Positions 26,301 through 39,538 of a DNA stretch of 64,000 bases are shown in pieces. Under the pieces are notes generated by a model. It was given only the letters and a program-made list of their open reading frames with translations. It was not told where the DNA came from and searched no databases. A program made the position numbers and the translations under genes. Position 1 is the stretch's first letter; each line of letters opens with the position of its first letter. Source of the stretch: Ramazzottius varieornatus. Taxonomy: Eukaryota > Animalia > Tardigrada. The stretch is from the NCBI GenBank assembly GCA_001949185.1, contig BDGG01000001.1, forward strand, positions 2,807,324 to 2,871,323, given 5' to 3'.

Positions 26301-29300
26301 ACTTTATTGACTCCTTCCTGGATGTGCCTCGCATCACTCACATCGTCTCCGGGTCTGCCGTCGAGGCGGAAATGGCAAAAATCAGTCAGGTTCTTTCGGA
26401 CGTGATGCTTGATTGGGCAAAGCGGGTCGACGCGGTACGTCTCATCAAAGATAGGGTTTTGTGACCGTCATATTTTGTGCTCACAAAGCCCCCTTGTAGT
26501 TCTTGTTTGCATTCTGCATAATTTATGCATTGAATGGATGTTTGTCTTGCAATATAGCTCAAGCGGCTACGAAGTGTAGTCTTGGCCGGTGGAGACATCT
26601 ATAAGGAGTTTTATGCCTCATTGCGCTTCACCGATGTCTCGCTACAGATCTCCGTCAAAGATTTACGCTCCCAAGTGGTCCGTGAAGCTTGTGTCACGCT
26701 AGCGTGAGTAATATGGGGCCTCCTTGACGAGAAATGTGTTTGATTTTCAACCATAAAATTCACTTTATGGACAAACGTCAGCCAACCGTACTGTTCGTTT
26801 TCGCAGGTTCTTTGCGCAACAGCTCGGTCCGAAGTTTGAAAGAACCGCTGAGGTTCTTCTGCCACATCTCATATCACTGATTCCGAACTCGACAAAGATC
26901 ATTTCGACATGCGGCATTGTGACCATCCGCTTCATTCTTCAAGTGAGAATAGGCCGGCAGTAAAAAATCGTTTAGTTAATTGGAGCTGAATATCATTAGT
27001 CTATTTGAACTGTATTGACGCCGAACATTTAAACTTTATTGGCGATAATCGTCACATAAGGCTATTCTTTGCAGAACACGCACTCGTCAAAACTAATCCC
27101 AATACTGGTCAATCACCTGCGTGAATCGCGCTCGAAAGATGTCCGCCGGTAAGTAATGAAGTACTCAATGGAACGACCGCGTGACAAATTTCGTCGACAG
27201 GACAGTTTATCACCATAGATTTATTCACCAAATTCTTGATATTCGGTTTTCACACCTGTAATTTGTCTTGCACTGTAGGTATTGCTGTGAGTTTGTCAAG
27301 CATATACTGTTTGTATGGCCTAAAGAACCTTTGGAAAAGTATGCCAGTCTGCTGCAAGAAGCCATCAAAAGAGGCATCACAGACGCCGATCCCGAGGCGA
27401 GAGCGCTGTCGCGACAGTGAGTCTTTTCATGTTCTTTTTCCCTCATAACACTGCTCTTGTGTTGTCTTTGATTACTCAACTGTGGCAATCACAACAAATA
27501 TCACACTGGGCCACAATTCATACTTGTCTGATTGACCATCGACCTCTCGTAGCAGCCAGTGTCAAAACCTCCGTCCACCTAATTGTACGGAAATTGATTA
27601 GACAAACAAAGCGTGAAGGACAGCCTGCGTCATTGAAGAGGCGCCATTGCCACACTTTATTTCCTTTTGCCATACAAAAACAATTCAGAAATCTTGAAGA
27701 ACCTCGGGTTCTAATTGAAGAACCCATGAAGAACGCTGATAGCCTATAAAACAGAAACCGAGGTAGTCTCACTGTCCAGTGACGCAGTACCCTGATTCCT
27801 ACGTATGTGTCCATACAAGCTTTAACGTTGAGCAACCACCCAAATTTTTGTTTTTTCAGGGCGTACTGGCAGTTGAACCACGTGTTTCCGGGTGCCGGGG
27901 AGAACCTTCTCAACCAGCTGGATCCAGCTAATGTCCGAATGCTACAGGAAGTCCGCCAGCCAGGATCAGCCATGCCGCAGCGAAGTCTACCCGAATCTCC
28001 ACGAGGAACGCCATCACGTGACTCTTCTTGCACCAGACCTCCTTCGCGGCTTCGGAAACCAACCGGTCATTCTGGTATGTTTACTGTTACACCATCACCT
28101 TCTTGCTTGCGGAAGTGACCACGCGTTGCCAATTTCAGAAAGTGAGAACGAGCCACTACAGCCAAGTGGGGCTCCGCCGCGTTCTTCGAGTGCTATTGAC
28201 ACAGAGGCCGCGCGCCGCGCACGAGCGAGGATTGCGCCACCATCTGGAAAGACTGTTGATCATTCAAGTGGTCTAGCGACGCCTTTGAGGAGTCGTCGAG
28301 CCTTAATCACCCCCTCTACCAGTAAGCACCTTGAGACCATTTAACGGTCTTACGTAATAAATAATCTAAACAAGTATTTCATTGTTCGGTGAATTTTCGT
28401 TATATTTTCTGAGTAACGCTTCTCGTCTTACAGCTGCCTCAAGAGGGACCTCACCGGCCTCAGCGCTTCGGAAACCCGGCGTATCGAGGTCCGTCGCGAC
28501 CAGTAGGGACAGCAGTCCAGATAAGAGAACCTTCTCTGGCCTCCCTGTTAGAAGAGCGCCCTCTGTCTCGTCGACGCCAGTTGCTACAAGAAAAAACTCC
28601 ACTGGATATCGCTCGGAGGACGAAGGCGATACAGGGAGCCAGCTTGGCTCGCAAACTTCCCTGTCCGGAAACGGCTCTTGTTATGTATGTAACGAACTCT
28701 GGACTGAAAATACTAAATTATAATGAAAGGGGATGACTGTTTCTGTGTTGCAGGATGTGCCGGAAATACTGTCACTGCTCGGAAATCCGAATTGGTCTTC
28801 GAGGAAGGAAGGCTTGCTGGGTCTTCGCTCGCACCTTCGAAGTGGCGGACGTCTCTAGTAAGTCGCACACTGTACTTTCATTTTCGATACAGTTGACGCC
28901 ACCGCATAAAAGAGCACCCTTCAAAGCGCACTTTTTACTCAATTACAGCCCAGCGGACGTGGATAATGTGCGATTATTGTTGACCCGCATGATGAGTGAT
29001 CCAACAACAAAAGTCTTCAGCTTGTTTCTTGACACTCTCTACGACTTCCTGAACGCTCACAAACTAGATTTAGGAAGTTGGTTATACACATTGCTCACAC
29101 GCTTATTCAACAAGATGAGCGTTGAGCTCCTGCCGACGGTGCAAGCCAAACTGGATCGCTGCTTTGACTTGATTCGCGCCTCATTTGCCGCCGAGAACCA
29201 GTTTCAGCAGCTCCTCAAGTTTGTCAACGACTCACTGCAAACACCCAACCTCAAGGTTAGCTAATTCTACAAGAAATGATCACCTGAATTTCTCTCATTA

Positions 29301-31129
29301 TTATTATAGTTCAACTTAAAACCACAAAACTTCAAGTAAAATAAAAATTCTCAAATGAGATACGGCAGTCGGAACGAACGCTCGCCAGTGTGCAAAAGAA
29401 TGGACCTGACCACTTCCTCGTTGAAAATCCTGATGAATTTAAAGCGCTCCGTGGGCAAGTGAGCTGACCAGATCTCCTGTTCAAGTGGCGCACGCTGTCA
29501 TGGTTTCCAGCTCACAGTGTGCGCTACACGCAAAAATGATTCAGTTCATTTGCCCACTACTTGTATTTCGCAAGTATGATTGGGAACTTGAAAGAAATTC
29601 TGAAAGTTTTTGTTCTTAGGTAAAGGTGGCTTTTCTGAACTACCTCGTAACGCTTATCACCTCCAACATGGGACCAAACGATTTCAAGAACACTAGCGCG
29701 GTACGCATCGGCGTGACCAAGCTGGTCAACTGGACGCTGGACGGCAAGAGCACCGAGCTCCGGAGAGCTTCACAGAGCGTCATCATCGCTCTCCATCACC
29801 TCAACTCCGGAGAGTTCACCGCGATGCTGGCCCTGATGGATGAATACCTCCGGGACACCGCGCTCAAGACGATTAGTGGACCGACCAGACGAGAAGGAAG
29901 AGGAGAAAGCAGCAGGCAGACATCGGCTGCAAACTCACGGCAAGCTTCTTCGAGCGACCTCCGGAAAGTGCCTTCCTCAGCGAGCTCACCCCAATCTTCG
30001 AACGACGAGAACCTGAACCCGCATGACTTCTATGCTTCGTTGAAGCAGACGACTGACGCGATTGACAAGCTCAATACGTTTTTGAACGTTGATCATAGTT
30101 CGGATGATGAAGGAAGAAGGAATGGTGGCAGTGAAGACAGTGGCTTCAGCCGAACCAGCCTGAATAACATTCCGGCGGCTGTCGAGCTGGAACACAGTAG
30201 CCAGGACGGCGAACTGGACCTGCCGGCGGAAAGTCCGCAGAACAAGTATGCCGACGTCTGGTTACTTTCAATAAAACTGATAGTATATTTTTCGGAGATC
30301 TTTTTAATCCAAACTTTCTAATCCTGTTTATAGAGACATTCTGAGCCTTCTGTGGAATCTTCAGTGTCAAGCCGAGAGCGGAGACACCAAGACTTGGTCC
30401 GGGCCCGATGGCGACTCGGCTGTTTACATCCTGCAAGAAGCGATGGAGCATGAGGCGCCATCTGTGCTAAGCGCTGCTATGCAGTGTTGTACAAACCTTG
30501 CTCGTGCTAAAGCTGCCTGTATAGAAAGGATACTTCCCAGTATTCTGAACCTGTGTCACAATGAAAGACAAGAGGTGATCTCCGAAGCCCACCAGTGCCT
30601 GAAGGAAATAACGAGCCAGCTTCCTCTTGATAAAGTGCTAGAAGCTCTGGCGGTTCCCTTGCTGTCGGAGAACCAACCCATGAACACCCGCGCAGTGTCA
30701 TTTCTGCTGAGGCTAGTCCAGGAAACGCCGACGCAAAAAGTTCGCGAATCACTTCCTTCGATCTTGACACCGGTTGTGCAAGTAAGAAATTTCTCTGCTC
30801 TTCTTGGCGGTACTGTACAACTGTGAAAGGTTTCCAACATCTGGCGGCCATGAACCTTCCTGCCGAGCTTTTTTCTACAATTTACTCATGCCGTTGTTTT
30901 CTGCTTTAGGGCTTCAGCGACTCACAGGAGCCCAATGTGCGGAAGGACTGCATGTTAATCATCGTGGATGTGCAGTCGAGAACCAGTACCGAAGCGGTGA
31001 CGCCATTCATCAGAAATCTTTCCCCGAACAAGGTATGAAGATGGCTTACTTAAGCTTCCAAATGGATCTCCATGCTAATGGCGTTTGTTTCAGATCAAAC
31101 TGCTGAACTTGTATCTACACCGGAAGTGA
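20360..31129 (+). CDS. CLASP: CLASP family paralogue 2, multi-exon (first exon 20360-20510 tentative; body 25339-31129 secure)
   Basis: DVGGVEADDF, DWAKRVDA, KDLRSQVVREACVTL, LIPNSTKIISTCG, IKRGITDADPEAR, RSSSAID, RMMSDPTTKVFSLFLDTL, NDENLNP, EPNVRKDCM..IKLLNLYLHRK*. Exon 20360-20510 ends in phase 1, matching the phase-1 acceptor at ~25339. Confidence 0.88.
21500..23250 (-). mobile_element. Heavily degraded Ty3/gypsy-like pol relic (RNase H / integrase fragments) in the putative long first intron of CLASP paralogue 2
   Basis: Broken minus-strand frames give TSDAST (TDAS-like), FRLTITHK (TDHK-like), YLVPLSTVKHIIPIMPGPRHLWGM (like the integrase His-His region), SDRGH (SDxG-like) and YRARNGQV (SNGQVE-like), in pol order. 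Many stops; no LTRs seen. Confidence 0.35.
25948..26070. repeat. Intronic palindrome family A copy (CLASP2 intron)
   Basis: acgtgggcaaatgaattgaactagatcgtttt..caagtggcgca-N27-tgcgccaattgggaaaaacgatc..tttgccc. Confidence 0.88.
29449..29557. repeat. Intronic palindrome family A copy (CLASP2 intron)
   Basis: cgtgggcaagtgagctgaccagatc..caagtggcgca-N27-tgcgctac..cagttcatttgcccac. Confidence 0.85.
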
Positions 31130-32147
31130 AAATTTTTTCCGCCCACGTTTGCTCGCCGCTCTGGAAACGTACTCCGTTGCATAGGTCTTGCTTGGTTGTG
31201 GATAATCGAGTTCGGAAGTGTGCCTCTTTGTCACTGTTGAACACCCATAGATTGGGTTTAGTTATACACTGCGGCTAGAGACTCTATTTTTTCGTTTGCG
31301 TATGGTTTGTGTGTGATCGATGTCTTCCATCAGAACATGTCATAAACGGCAAAAGGTTTCTTTCCATACGATGGCTCTTGCTTCCTGGTGGACTATGAAA
31401 ACGTTCTTCCGCGTTCTTTTCCCCACAGCCAGAAGTTCGTAGTACACAAAAAGCGATAGTGACGTCCTCCCACTGTAGTCTACCGCTGTGATTATGTCAG
31501 AGATGGAACCAGCAATCACCGAAGTGTTCAGGACCTCGAAATGCGGCTTGACTAAACACTCAAAAGCGTCGAATCGCTAGGCAGGCGTTCTTCCCGGGAA
31601 CCCGTTGTTACATTTCTTTATCTTCACGCGGTGAATCGGTTTGTTTTTTTCGGGTAAATTGCACCGGAGACACGAAGCACTCCGGGGCGGGTGAAGGAAT
31701 AGTCCGATCGATGTTTGACCAACCACTAAGACTTGGATGATTCGCAGTTGGTACACGCTTTCCTCCATCCATGAACAGGACGAGTTTTCGAACCGGAAAT
31801 TAAATCCGTGATGTTACGGCACGCAAACAAAACTAGGTTGTAATCATTTAAGACATCAGAAACTAAAAACATCAGGGCCTGAATTTGCTCCCAGGAAAAC
31901 TTCCGGCGCTTACTTCCGTGAATAGCTACGGTTATCAGAAAAGATTCTTTTCTCATACGCGACAGCAACAAGCATTTCCAGTCTTCTTCTACCAGAAAGG
32001 CTAAAAACAAACACAGGGGTGCTTCTGTTTAATTCAGAGCCAGTTCGGTCGATATTCAGTTGATTTATCGATACCGCAACAACAAAATTTCATAACCCCG
32101 AAAGGTCCATCGATCTAAACAGGGAGAAACATTCTCGAGGGGAAACA

Positions 32148-35100
32148 TCACAGGCCTTTCTGACCGGCATTTTCCACAAACATATTGCGCTTCTCTTGGC
32201 TGATCTTTTTAAGTAGCCAGTGCGTGACCATAGGACCTTTGCCCTTCACCTTGAGAAACACATAAACATCAAACCATATCCCGTGCACAGCGAAATGTGC
32301 GCTGCATACAGAACGAATCAAGAACCCACCACTATCTCTCCCCTGCACTCCATTTCGAAGCAACCGAAGTAGCGAAGTGCATCGTGAGTCGCTGACGTTA
32401 TATGAATTCTCTGCGACTCCCCGGTTGATTCCATTCGTGACGCAGTGTTGACGGTATCACCAAAACTGGAGACAAAAAAAGCAGACGTAAACTCCACAGT
32501 CAAAGAAATTTCTTCAGAAATGATTGTGGGAAAAAGGCCAAGGACGTGTGTGTATCCCCGAGCTGATCTTGATGTGGAATACTTTTGGCGAATATTCAAC
32601 GTCTTCCATGATTGATCCACTTAATGCTGTTGATTGCGAAAGCTAGGAACATCATGTTCAAGTTTGCCACTTACACGCAGTAGCGAGGCATTCGTGTGCC
32701 AATTATTCCAGCTTTGCAGCATACAAAAAAAGAAAAGTATCTTGATTAAAGTATTTATCATTATGTGAAAAAGGCAAAGAATTACCCGCACAGGGACCTG
32801 TATGCAGACCGATCCTCAACTTTAGTGCGTAATCGGGCTTATGTGGTATCCGAATTTGCGCAACATCTATGATTAAATCCAGTGACATGCTGGCAATTTC
32901 GTAGGAATGCCTGTAATAAGGAAAAAACAATGTGCGGGAAAGGCAGTTTCTTCCTGCAATAATTAGGAGAATTTCAACATGAGACCCTCTCATCACGAAG
33001 AAAAAGACTAATTCCGTGTTACTTGTTTCCGTTGCGTACGGGAAGTCCGCTGACGCACAAATAAGCATCGCCTGTAAGCACCACGAAGATGTCGGAGATA
33101 ATCCTGTTCTTTATCCGGTCGGTTAGCCTCGAATAAGGAACCCTTACCTATAGTTTCCACTTTGTACACGTCATACAGTTCAATTCTTCGGTCCATAACT
33201 ACGAAAAAGATGTACTTTTCAATACCAAACATCCGACATGAATCTTCATTCATGGTATCGCACCAATCTTGGAAGCAAAGGCGATAAGTACCAACTCATC
33301 ACGTACCTGCATACACTGTAGCTTTACATTCACGCGACGCGACCGTATGCAAGTACGTGACCAGAGCCGCACTGAGGTTTCTTACTTGTATACAGTTTGT
33401 TTAAAGTGTCGACGACTTGGAGTGGAGTAGAGACGGAAGAAAATGCAGTAAAATCCACGATATCGCTAAAGAATACCGTGACTTGGTCGAAGGACTCTGG
33501 ATACACCGATTCGCGGTTCTTGACCTTTTCGGCTACTTGACGCGGAAGTAGTTGATTGAGCACCGCTTCCGCACGCTTTTTCTCCTTCATCACTTCCTCG
33601 TTCTTGGCTTGTAAAATGGAAGCAAAGCTCTGTATTTGACCAGTGATGAAATGAAGAAGAACGATGGTTGCAGGGAATAAAATCACAGAGAGAATCAGGA
33701 TAAACAGCTGCACTCCGACTGTTCGGTTAGCGTTGTAGATTGACAAGTCCAGATTAGCTTTGATCTGGCTCGTCAAGTTTCTTTCGATATCACGCAGGAT
33801 GTCTTGGTAATTGGTCATGGCGGCGTACCAGAACTTTCCCCTTTCAATATCTTTCCGCCCCAGATCATTTCGATCTATCAATGCTCTTTCTGTCGAGATG
33901 TTCGCTTCCAGTTGACTACCATGATAGTACCGTTCTAGCATCTGAGATATGGTCGGCTCGTACTGTTGGCTTCTGTTTAAGAAGGCTTGACCACGTGATC
34001 TCTGATTGCGGTACCAGAGGTAAATTTCCTGGTTCATCTTCCCTGTGAATCAGAACGGCAATCAGAACTCGACTTTGAAATCCGACTGGGATCATGAGAC
34101 TGGTGCAGGAAGCTGTCAAGCCTCACTGGCAAACCTGCATACACAATCATGGTGCCGTAAGACAAGGTAGTGTATGCAGGTCCGTGATTTCGCTCCATAT
34201 GACGGACCTTACTGAAATATTGCCCACCTCTTCCATAAAATATGGTGCCGGCGGATCGTTCTGCCGCTATAAATTCTTTCCCGGTAATAAAGAGATGATA
34301 ACCCACTAGTAGTTGCCAACGTTGAGCCGCCGCTTCGGATTGGATTACGGAATCGCCGATCCACCTTAAGATGTAACTTATTATATCGGTGAAGAAGCTC
34401 AACTGCAGTTCCGGAGTGGAACTGTTGACCATCATCCGGTTAACAGCAATCTGAAGTTGCAAGTCTTGCTTCTGTAGGAAAAAGTTGTCCTCGGGCTTTA
34501 CTTCCGACCATCTCACTAAGGCTGATAGGGCCTGATCCACTTGCTTCCTCCTGTAATAAAGAAACCAAACGTTATCAAAATTCAGCCTTCTTCACATCAA
34601 TACTGAACCGATAAATGCGTTTCGAAAACGAATTAACTTTGTAAAGCATTATATCAAAGGGAACTGAATAGTTGGGACGTCGGCAAACGGACTTACTCTA
34701 ATCGTTTCTCCAAGTGGCGCACGGTCTCAGCCAAAAACCGTGAAAATGCGTGCCACTCGAGATACCATCTGTGTAAAACCACTTACCGACGTCAGAAAAA
34801 TCCTCAGTTATTACATAAAAGTAAGCAGTCAGCAGGATACAGTTTGAGTCAAATGACAAAGCCCCTTCTTCCGTAAAAAGAAACAAATTATCGCACTGGT
34901 GTCCGCACCTTATTAAAACCTCCGGTAAAAGTTGATCGTCGAGCATGCTGAGATAAAAAGTTGTAGTTCCCCGCTCAAGACCGAGGGTGTGAGCCACATC
35001 CCCCGCTTGGACCGCAAACTCTATCTGAGCTTTGAAATTACTAGTGTACCCTTGCTGCAATATTGCATCGTGCATACTCGTGCTACACTGAACTATCAGA

Positions 35101-35462
35101 ATAATAATGGGTATAGCCGCCATTCCAAGGATTTTGATCAGCTGCATCCGGCGACCCCTCGCGGTCCTCGGGTCGTCCACACAGCGACCAGTAAGAATGG
35201 TCAAGCGAGATAGCGAACTCCGACCAGTTCTGATCGATACTCCATCGTTCCTGGAACTCTTTAGGCCATAGTCCGAAGTACCGTCTAAAGTCGTTTGAGA
35301 GTCGCGCAAATGCTTCATGATTCCAATAGGCTGGACCGGATCCGGTTGGCTAAGAGGACGAGCGATACCATTGGGATGTCCGTTGGTCAGTGAGGCGTTG
35401 TGAACCTTATTATCTTCCATGCTGAAAACACTTTTCAGACTAGGAGCAGTGATGTCTATCAT
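32148..35462 (-). CDS. Membrane guanylate cyclase with NIT (nitrate/nitrite-sensing) domain between two TM helices; no kinase-homology domain
   Basis: TM1 [14 protein letters not shown]; NIT-like [34 protein letters not shown]; TM2 [20 protein letters not shown]; coiled coil [18 protein letters not shown]; cyclase [49 protein letters not shown]. The Glu (VETIGD) and Cys (RYC) indicate GTP specificity. Start codon uncertain. Confidence 0.9.
33299..33360. repeat. Intronic palindrome family B copy (guanylate cyclase intron)
   Basis: tcacgtacctgcatac-N30-gtatgcaagtacgtga. Confidence 0.8.
34128..34187. repeat. Intronic palindrome family B copy (guanylate cyclase intron)
   Basis: acctgcatac-N29-gtatgcaggtccgtga. 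Confidence 0.8.
34673..34770. repeat. Intronic palindrome family A copy (guanylate cyclase intron)
   Basis: ttgggacgtcggcaaa..atcgtttctccaagtggcgca-N27-cgtgccactcgaga. Confidence 0.82.
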
Positions 35463-37745
35463 CAAAAAGCACCGAAGGCGAAGTTCACGTCGTACCGAAG
35501 GATGGATGTGAGATGGAATTGTCCACGAGTGGGATCACGAGCTGTTGATCCGTATGAATCATCTGATTCGATTAAAAACACCAGCGACCGGGAACATACC
35601 CAGGAACCTGGAAGATCTGATTCGAAATAACGGGTCAAGATGCGCCCCAACCGGATCGCAGTTCTTGCTATCTCGGAAGATGGTTCTTCTGAAATCCGAA
35701 AGTTCCCTGAGTTTTTTCCAGCTCGAAGTGAGGAGCACGCTCAGTTTATGCTCAAATTATAACACAAAGACAGGACGAACTAAGCTTTAAATTTGAGGCA
35801 AACACGTCGTCTGTGAAAGCAGCAAGAGCCCTTTAGCGGCCGCTGCTTCTTTGGGACGGAACACAAAAAAACTTACCCATTCTGGGAGGTTACTGATGCT
35901 GTACGTGACGAAGGTCGCTCCTTTGTCTACTGGATGCGTGACGGTAATCTGTTTGGGAGTGCTGAGCCTAAGTGATACTGATTCCATTAGTAGATCCCCG
36001 ACAATTTATAGCATCACCGCAACACGCTCCTGCGCGCTAAGCCTAGATCCTCGATACACGGCAGTGCGTTCGAGATAAGAGGACTGAAAGATCTTCCTAC
36101 GTAGTCAACTGCTCGGAATGATTATTAAATTGCACTGTTCGCTGCATGACAGGAAGTTTTCGGTCTTTCTTCCAGAGATTCCGTGAGCATAATCGGCAAA
36201 ATATAATTTATCTGCCAAGCAGATCCATCATTACATTTCTCACGCAAGCAAGACCTGCAACGCCAATTATCAGTCTGACCTCCTGTATCGGTTCTCCTGT
36301 ATCTATCAGGCCTCCGTATGAAGAGAGGAGGAAACCGAGCAGGGAGAGAGGACTATCGTGGCTCCATCTGCGATTTCGTATCTATCGATTCCCCGTTCGT
36401 TGGGACGACCCTGGTGGAGGACCAGGCCCCGCATGTATATACGCACTCGCCACACTGGCTGACCTATGAGATGGAAGGAGGAAGCTCCAAGCTACAACAT
36501 CAAATCTGGATCTGGGATCGTCTTAATCAGCGTAAGTCCGCAGCCGCCCTCTTACTCGACCTTATGGTCGACACCTGGAAGGAAGACCTTTGTCTGTCGA
36601 CGTTATCCGAAGAGCACACCCAGGAAACCCCATCTGCAGTCCAGCCGCTCTACCAATGCACGCATACGCTCGAAGATACTTCTGAAGAAGCATTAAAACT
36701 CCGGCGCTTACAGTAGAAAACTGGCTGGCTGGCAGCAGCGTAACGCGAACCCAACGCCGCCGCTGGCTTCTGTCTTTCGTAGGTGTACTGCCTGGCCGGG
36801 CCGTCGGGTACGCCAGCTGGAAGATGTTCAAGCCCTCTCTCTCTCAAGAGGATCGCAAGCCTACCGCGTGCGTGTCACGTTGGTCATTCTCGATCGGCCC
36901 CCACCCGATTTAATTCCATCAGGAGCTCCAGCAGGGCGATTCTGCAGAGGTGTGCTCCGAAATTAACTGCACCTGTAGCGCCACGCCGCCTCCGAGCACG
37001 AGAGATCCCCGAGGTGTGCTCCATGCCAATCACCTTGAAAGAAGCGCCCCAAACGACGAACAAACGTCAAACAAGCTACAGGATTTTGCCTACACGGAAA
37101 GCACCAAGATGACTTTATTTTGAGCTCTTAATAACTATGTTGTTTATTTAGACGTTCCTTTTACGTAAACTTCAATTTACACACGACAACAAGCAGCCGG
37201 AAAAACATCTTGTTCACAAAACTCTGCCCACACCGGCATCCCATAAGAGCTCGTCAAGGGCGGTAACCGAGTGACGACATGCTATAACTTCCAACCACTG
37301 ATAAGGAACGCTCTACAGGAGTTGGTGTCCTGGTTGCAGCCACTTATCCTCTCCGTTTTCGCAGCGAAAGACGGTAAGGTAAAGTAGCCCACCTCATTCC
37401 AAGATGAAGCTAATGATACAACTTAGAAGGATAATGTTATGGAAGACGAGCTTAAAGTTACATGTCCCTTGACGTGCTCGTCAGTAAGATCACAAGTTGA
37501 TTAACAAGTCTCTTCGTGTACAGTACGCAAATCGTCTCACTGCAGTCTATAGTCTTCCAGTCGCTAATCCATGCTCAGGTGATATCTTGGAAACGAACGT
37601 CACAAATCCTCATCCTCCTTATTTCGGCAGGTGGCTTTCGCTATATAACAAGTCTATCTTGAGTGTACCCATTTACGCTGTTATCGAGTCGGCAAGATGT
37701 TCTCGTAAATTCTATACTGCACGAAATCACCTGTTCATTCTGGAA

Positions 37746-39052
37746 ATGGTTTCTTCCGTGTCCTGTATTGGTCTACTGGCTATCTCCATGATGATCCTAA
37801 TGGTTCAGGCGAGACCTTCCCTGGACTTCAACCTTGTAAGTTTGCTGACCCTTTTCCGGACTATTGAAGTTCTGATAGCCTCCTGATCATGCGTTCTAGG
37901 AAGACTTTGGTGATCAACAGAAAGATATGGATGTGATCTACGATGAAGTTGATCGAAGCGAGAACGACGTCGATGAAGTGACCGGTAAGCTCACATTCAG
38001 TCAAGTACAAATATGGCAAAAGCCCGACCATAATATTATTGTGACAAATTTGAGCTATTGATTGGACAGAATGCGTGGACTACAAGTCAAGCCCCGGAAT
38101 CTACAAGGTATTCAGTGAGATACCGCGACCCAAGCCTTGCGGTCTGTATCTGGTGGCGCCCGTCGACCAACAAATCGAGCTAACGTTTCTGGACTTCCAA
38201 GTTCACTGCCAGCAGCACGGGATCGTGGAGATTGTGGACGGATACGCTTATGGCAACGGGATCTTCCCGCCACAAGAAGGAAGCGGGCAAACTAGCAGGA
38301 TCGATCGTCACAAGCGATATTGCGGAGCCCACAAACCTTCTTCGGTTTTTCTCTCCACATCCAACGCCGCAGTCATCCAAAATCGTATGCCTAATGACAA
38401 CGAAGGCTTTACAGTGCAAGTCAAGTTCATCAAGAACCCCCAACGTAAGTAACGCTACCTAGTGCGCAGAAACTCCGTCCCAAAACAGTAAACAGTGTTC
38501 AACAAGACTCGAATTTTCCCGACACAGCTTGCAATGCCGTGGCGATGGAGGAGAGAGGAGTAGTTACCCTGACCAACTATGGACTGGCGCATAATTGTAG
38601 CTTGTTGATCCTGTTCCCTCAGCGTTTGTCCGTCACCTTCGGCTACACCCAAGCACGCGCAGAAGTACCACCTAGGGTAGGTCGGAGCGTCAAATGTATT
38701 TGAAAGTAATCGTAATATTGATGTGATCTTTCACAGCACCACGGACAAGGTTCTGACTATCTGGAGATCTTGGGCGGAAATTCTAGCTCGGTGGACAAGA
38801 TGATCTCATTTGAGAGGAGCGCGGGTCTATCGTCGGATTTCAGTAAGCGGGGTTTCTCAATATCGTTCAAGAGTATGATCTAGCATGATAACGATGTTTG
38901 GTTTGTCAGGACTCAAGCGCAGGATTCCGTGTGAGAACGTCGTGGTCCGCCTGATCTCCAGTGGTCGATTCATCAATTCCGCCCAGATACATCACGAGAC
39001 TCTATCTCAAGATGAGACTTCCGGATCTTCGAGATCACAGTGTTTTTTGTGA
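37746..39052 (+). CDS. CRHBP: Corticotropin-releasing factor-binding protein (tandem CUB fold), secreted
   Basis: Signal peptide MVSSVSCIGLLAISMMILMVQA; C..SPG..PCGLYL..C..G.V...DG....G.FP; YCG; SNAAVI; EGFTVQVKFIKNPQPCN; NCSLLILFP; C-terminal CENVVVRLISSGRFIN. All match the CRH-BP pattern. Confidence 0.88.
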
Positions 39053-39538
39053 AGACTACATTTAAGATAGCGTGGCGGTGAAGCCTTGACGATGCAATGG
39101 AATCCTCTGATGAAGAAACCTCTCGCAATAAGCAAAATAAATTCTTTCCAGCCAAAGATATCCCATTGTATTTTTCTGTGGATAAGCGAACTAGTCTAGG
39201 CAGTTGGTGAGGTAAAGACTGCTGCGACACGCTCGTGAGCGCCACAACTTCGATTTCTTCCACAGGAAGACCCACAAAGTCGATGGAAGAATTTATCTGT
39301 CCTTTAGGCAGACAAACCCACCAAGATCAAGGTCTGAGTAGACCGGCATGTGTAAACTGACACGTAATCTGATCCGATAAGCTTTGAAGATACCGGATGC
39401 AGTTGTCTACTTTCATGGTACTGCAGTTTCTGACCTACTAAGCTGCTCTTTTTCATAGGAACGCAGTCAATTTACCTCGCAGTTCCATATGTGAGCAACT
39501 TCAAACTTTCTTATCGATGCAAACCAAACCTCTTTACG

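Noticed and set aside
36146-37112. Several overlapping 65-130 aa ORFs upstream of the guanylate cyclase
   Set aside because: No family similarity or supportable splice model.
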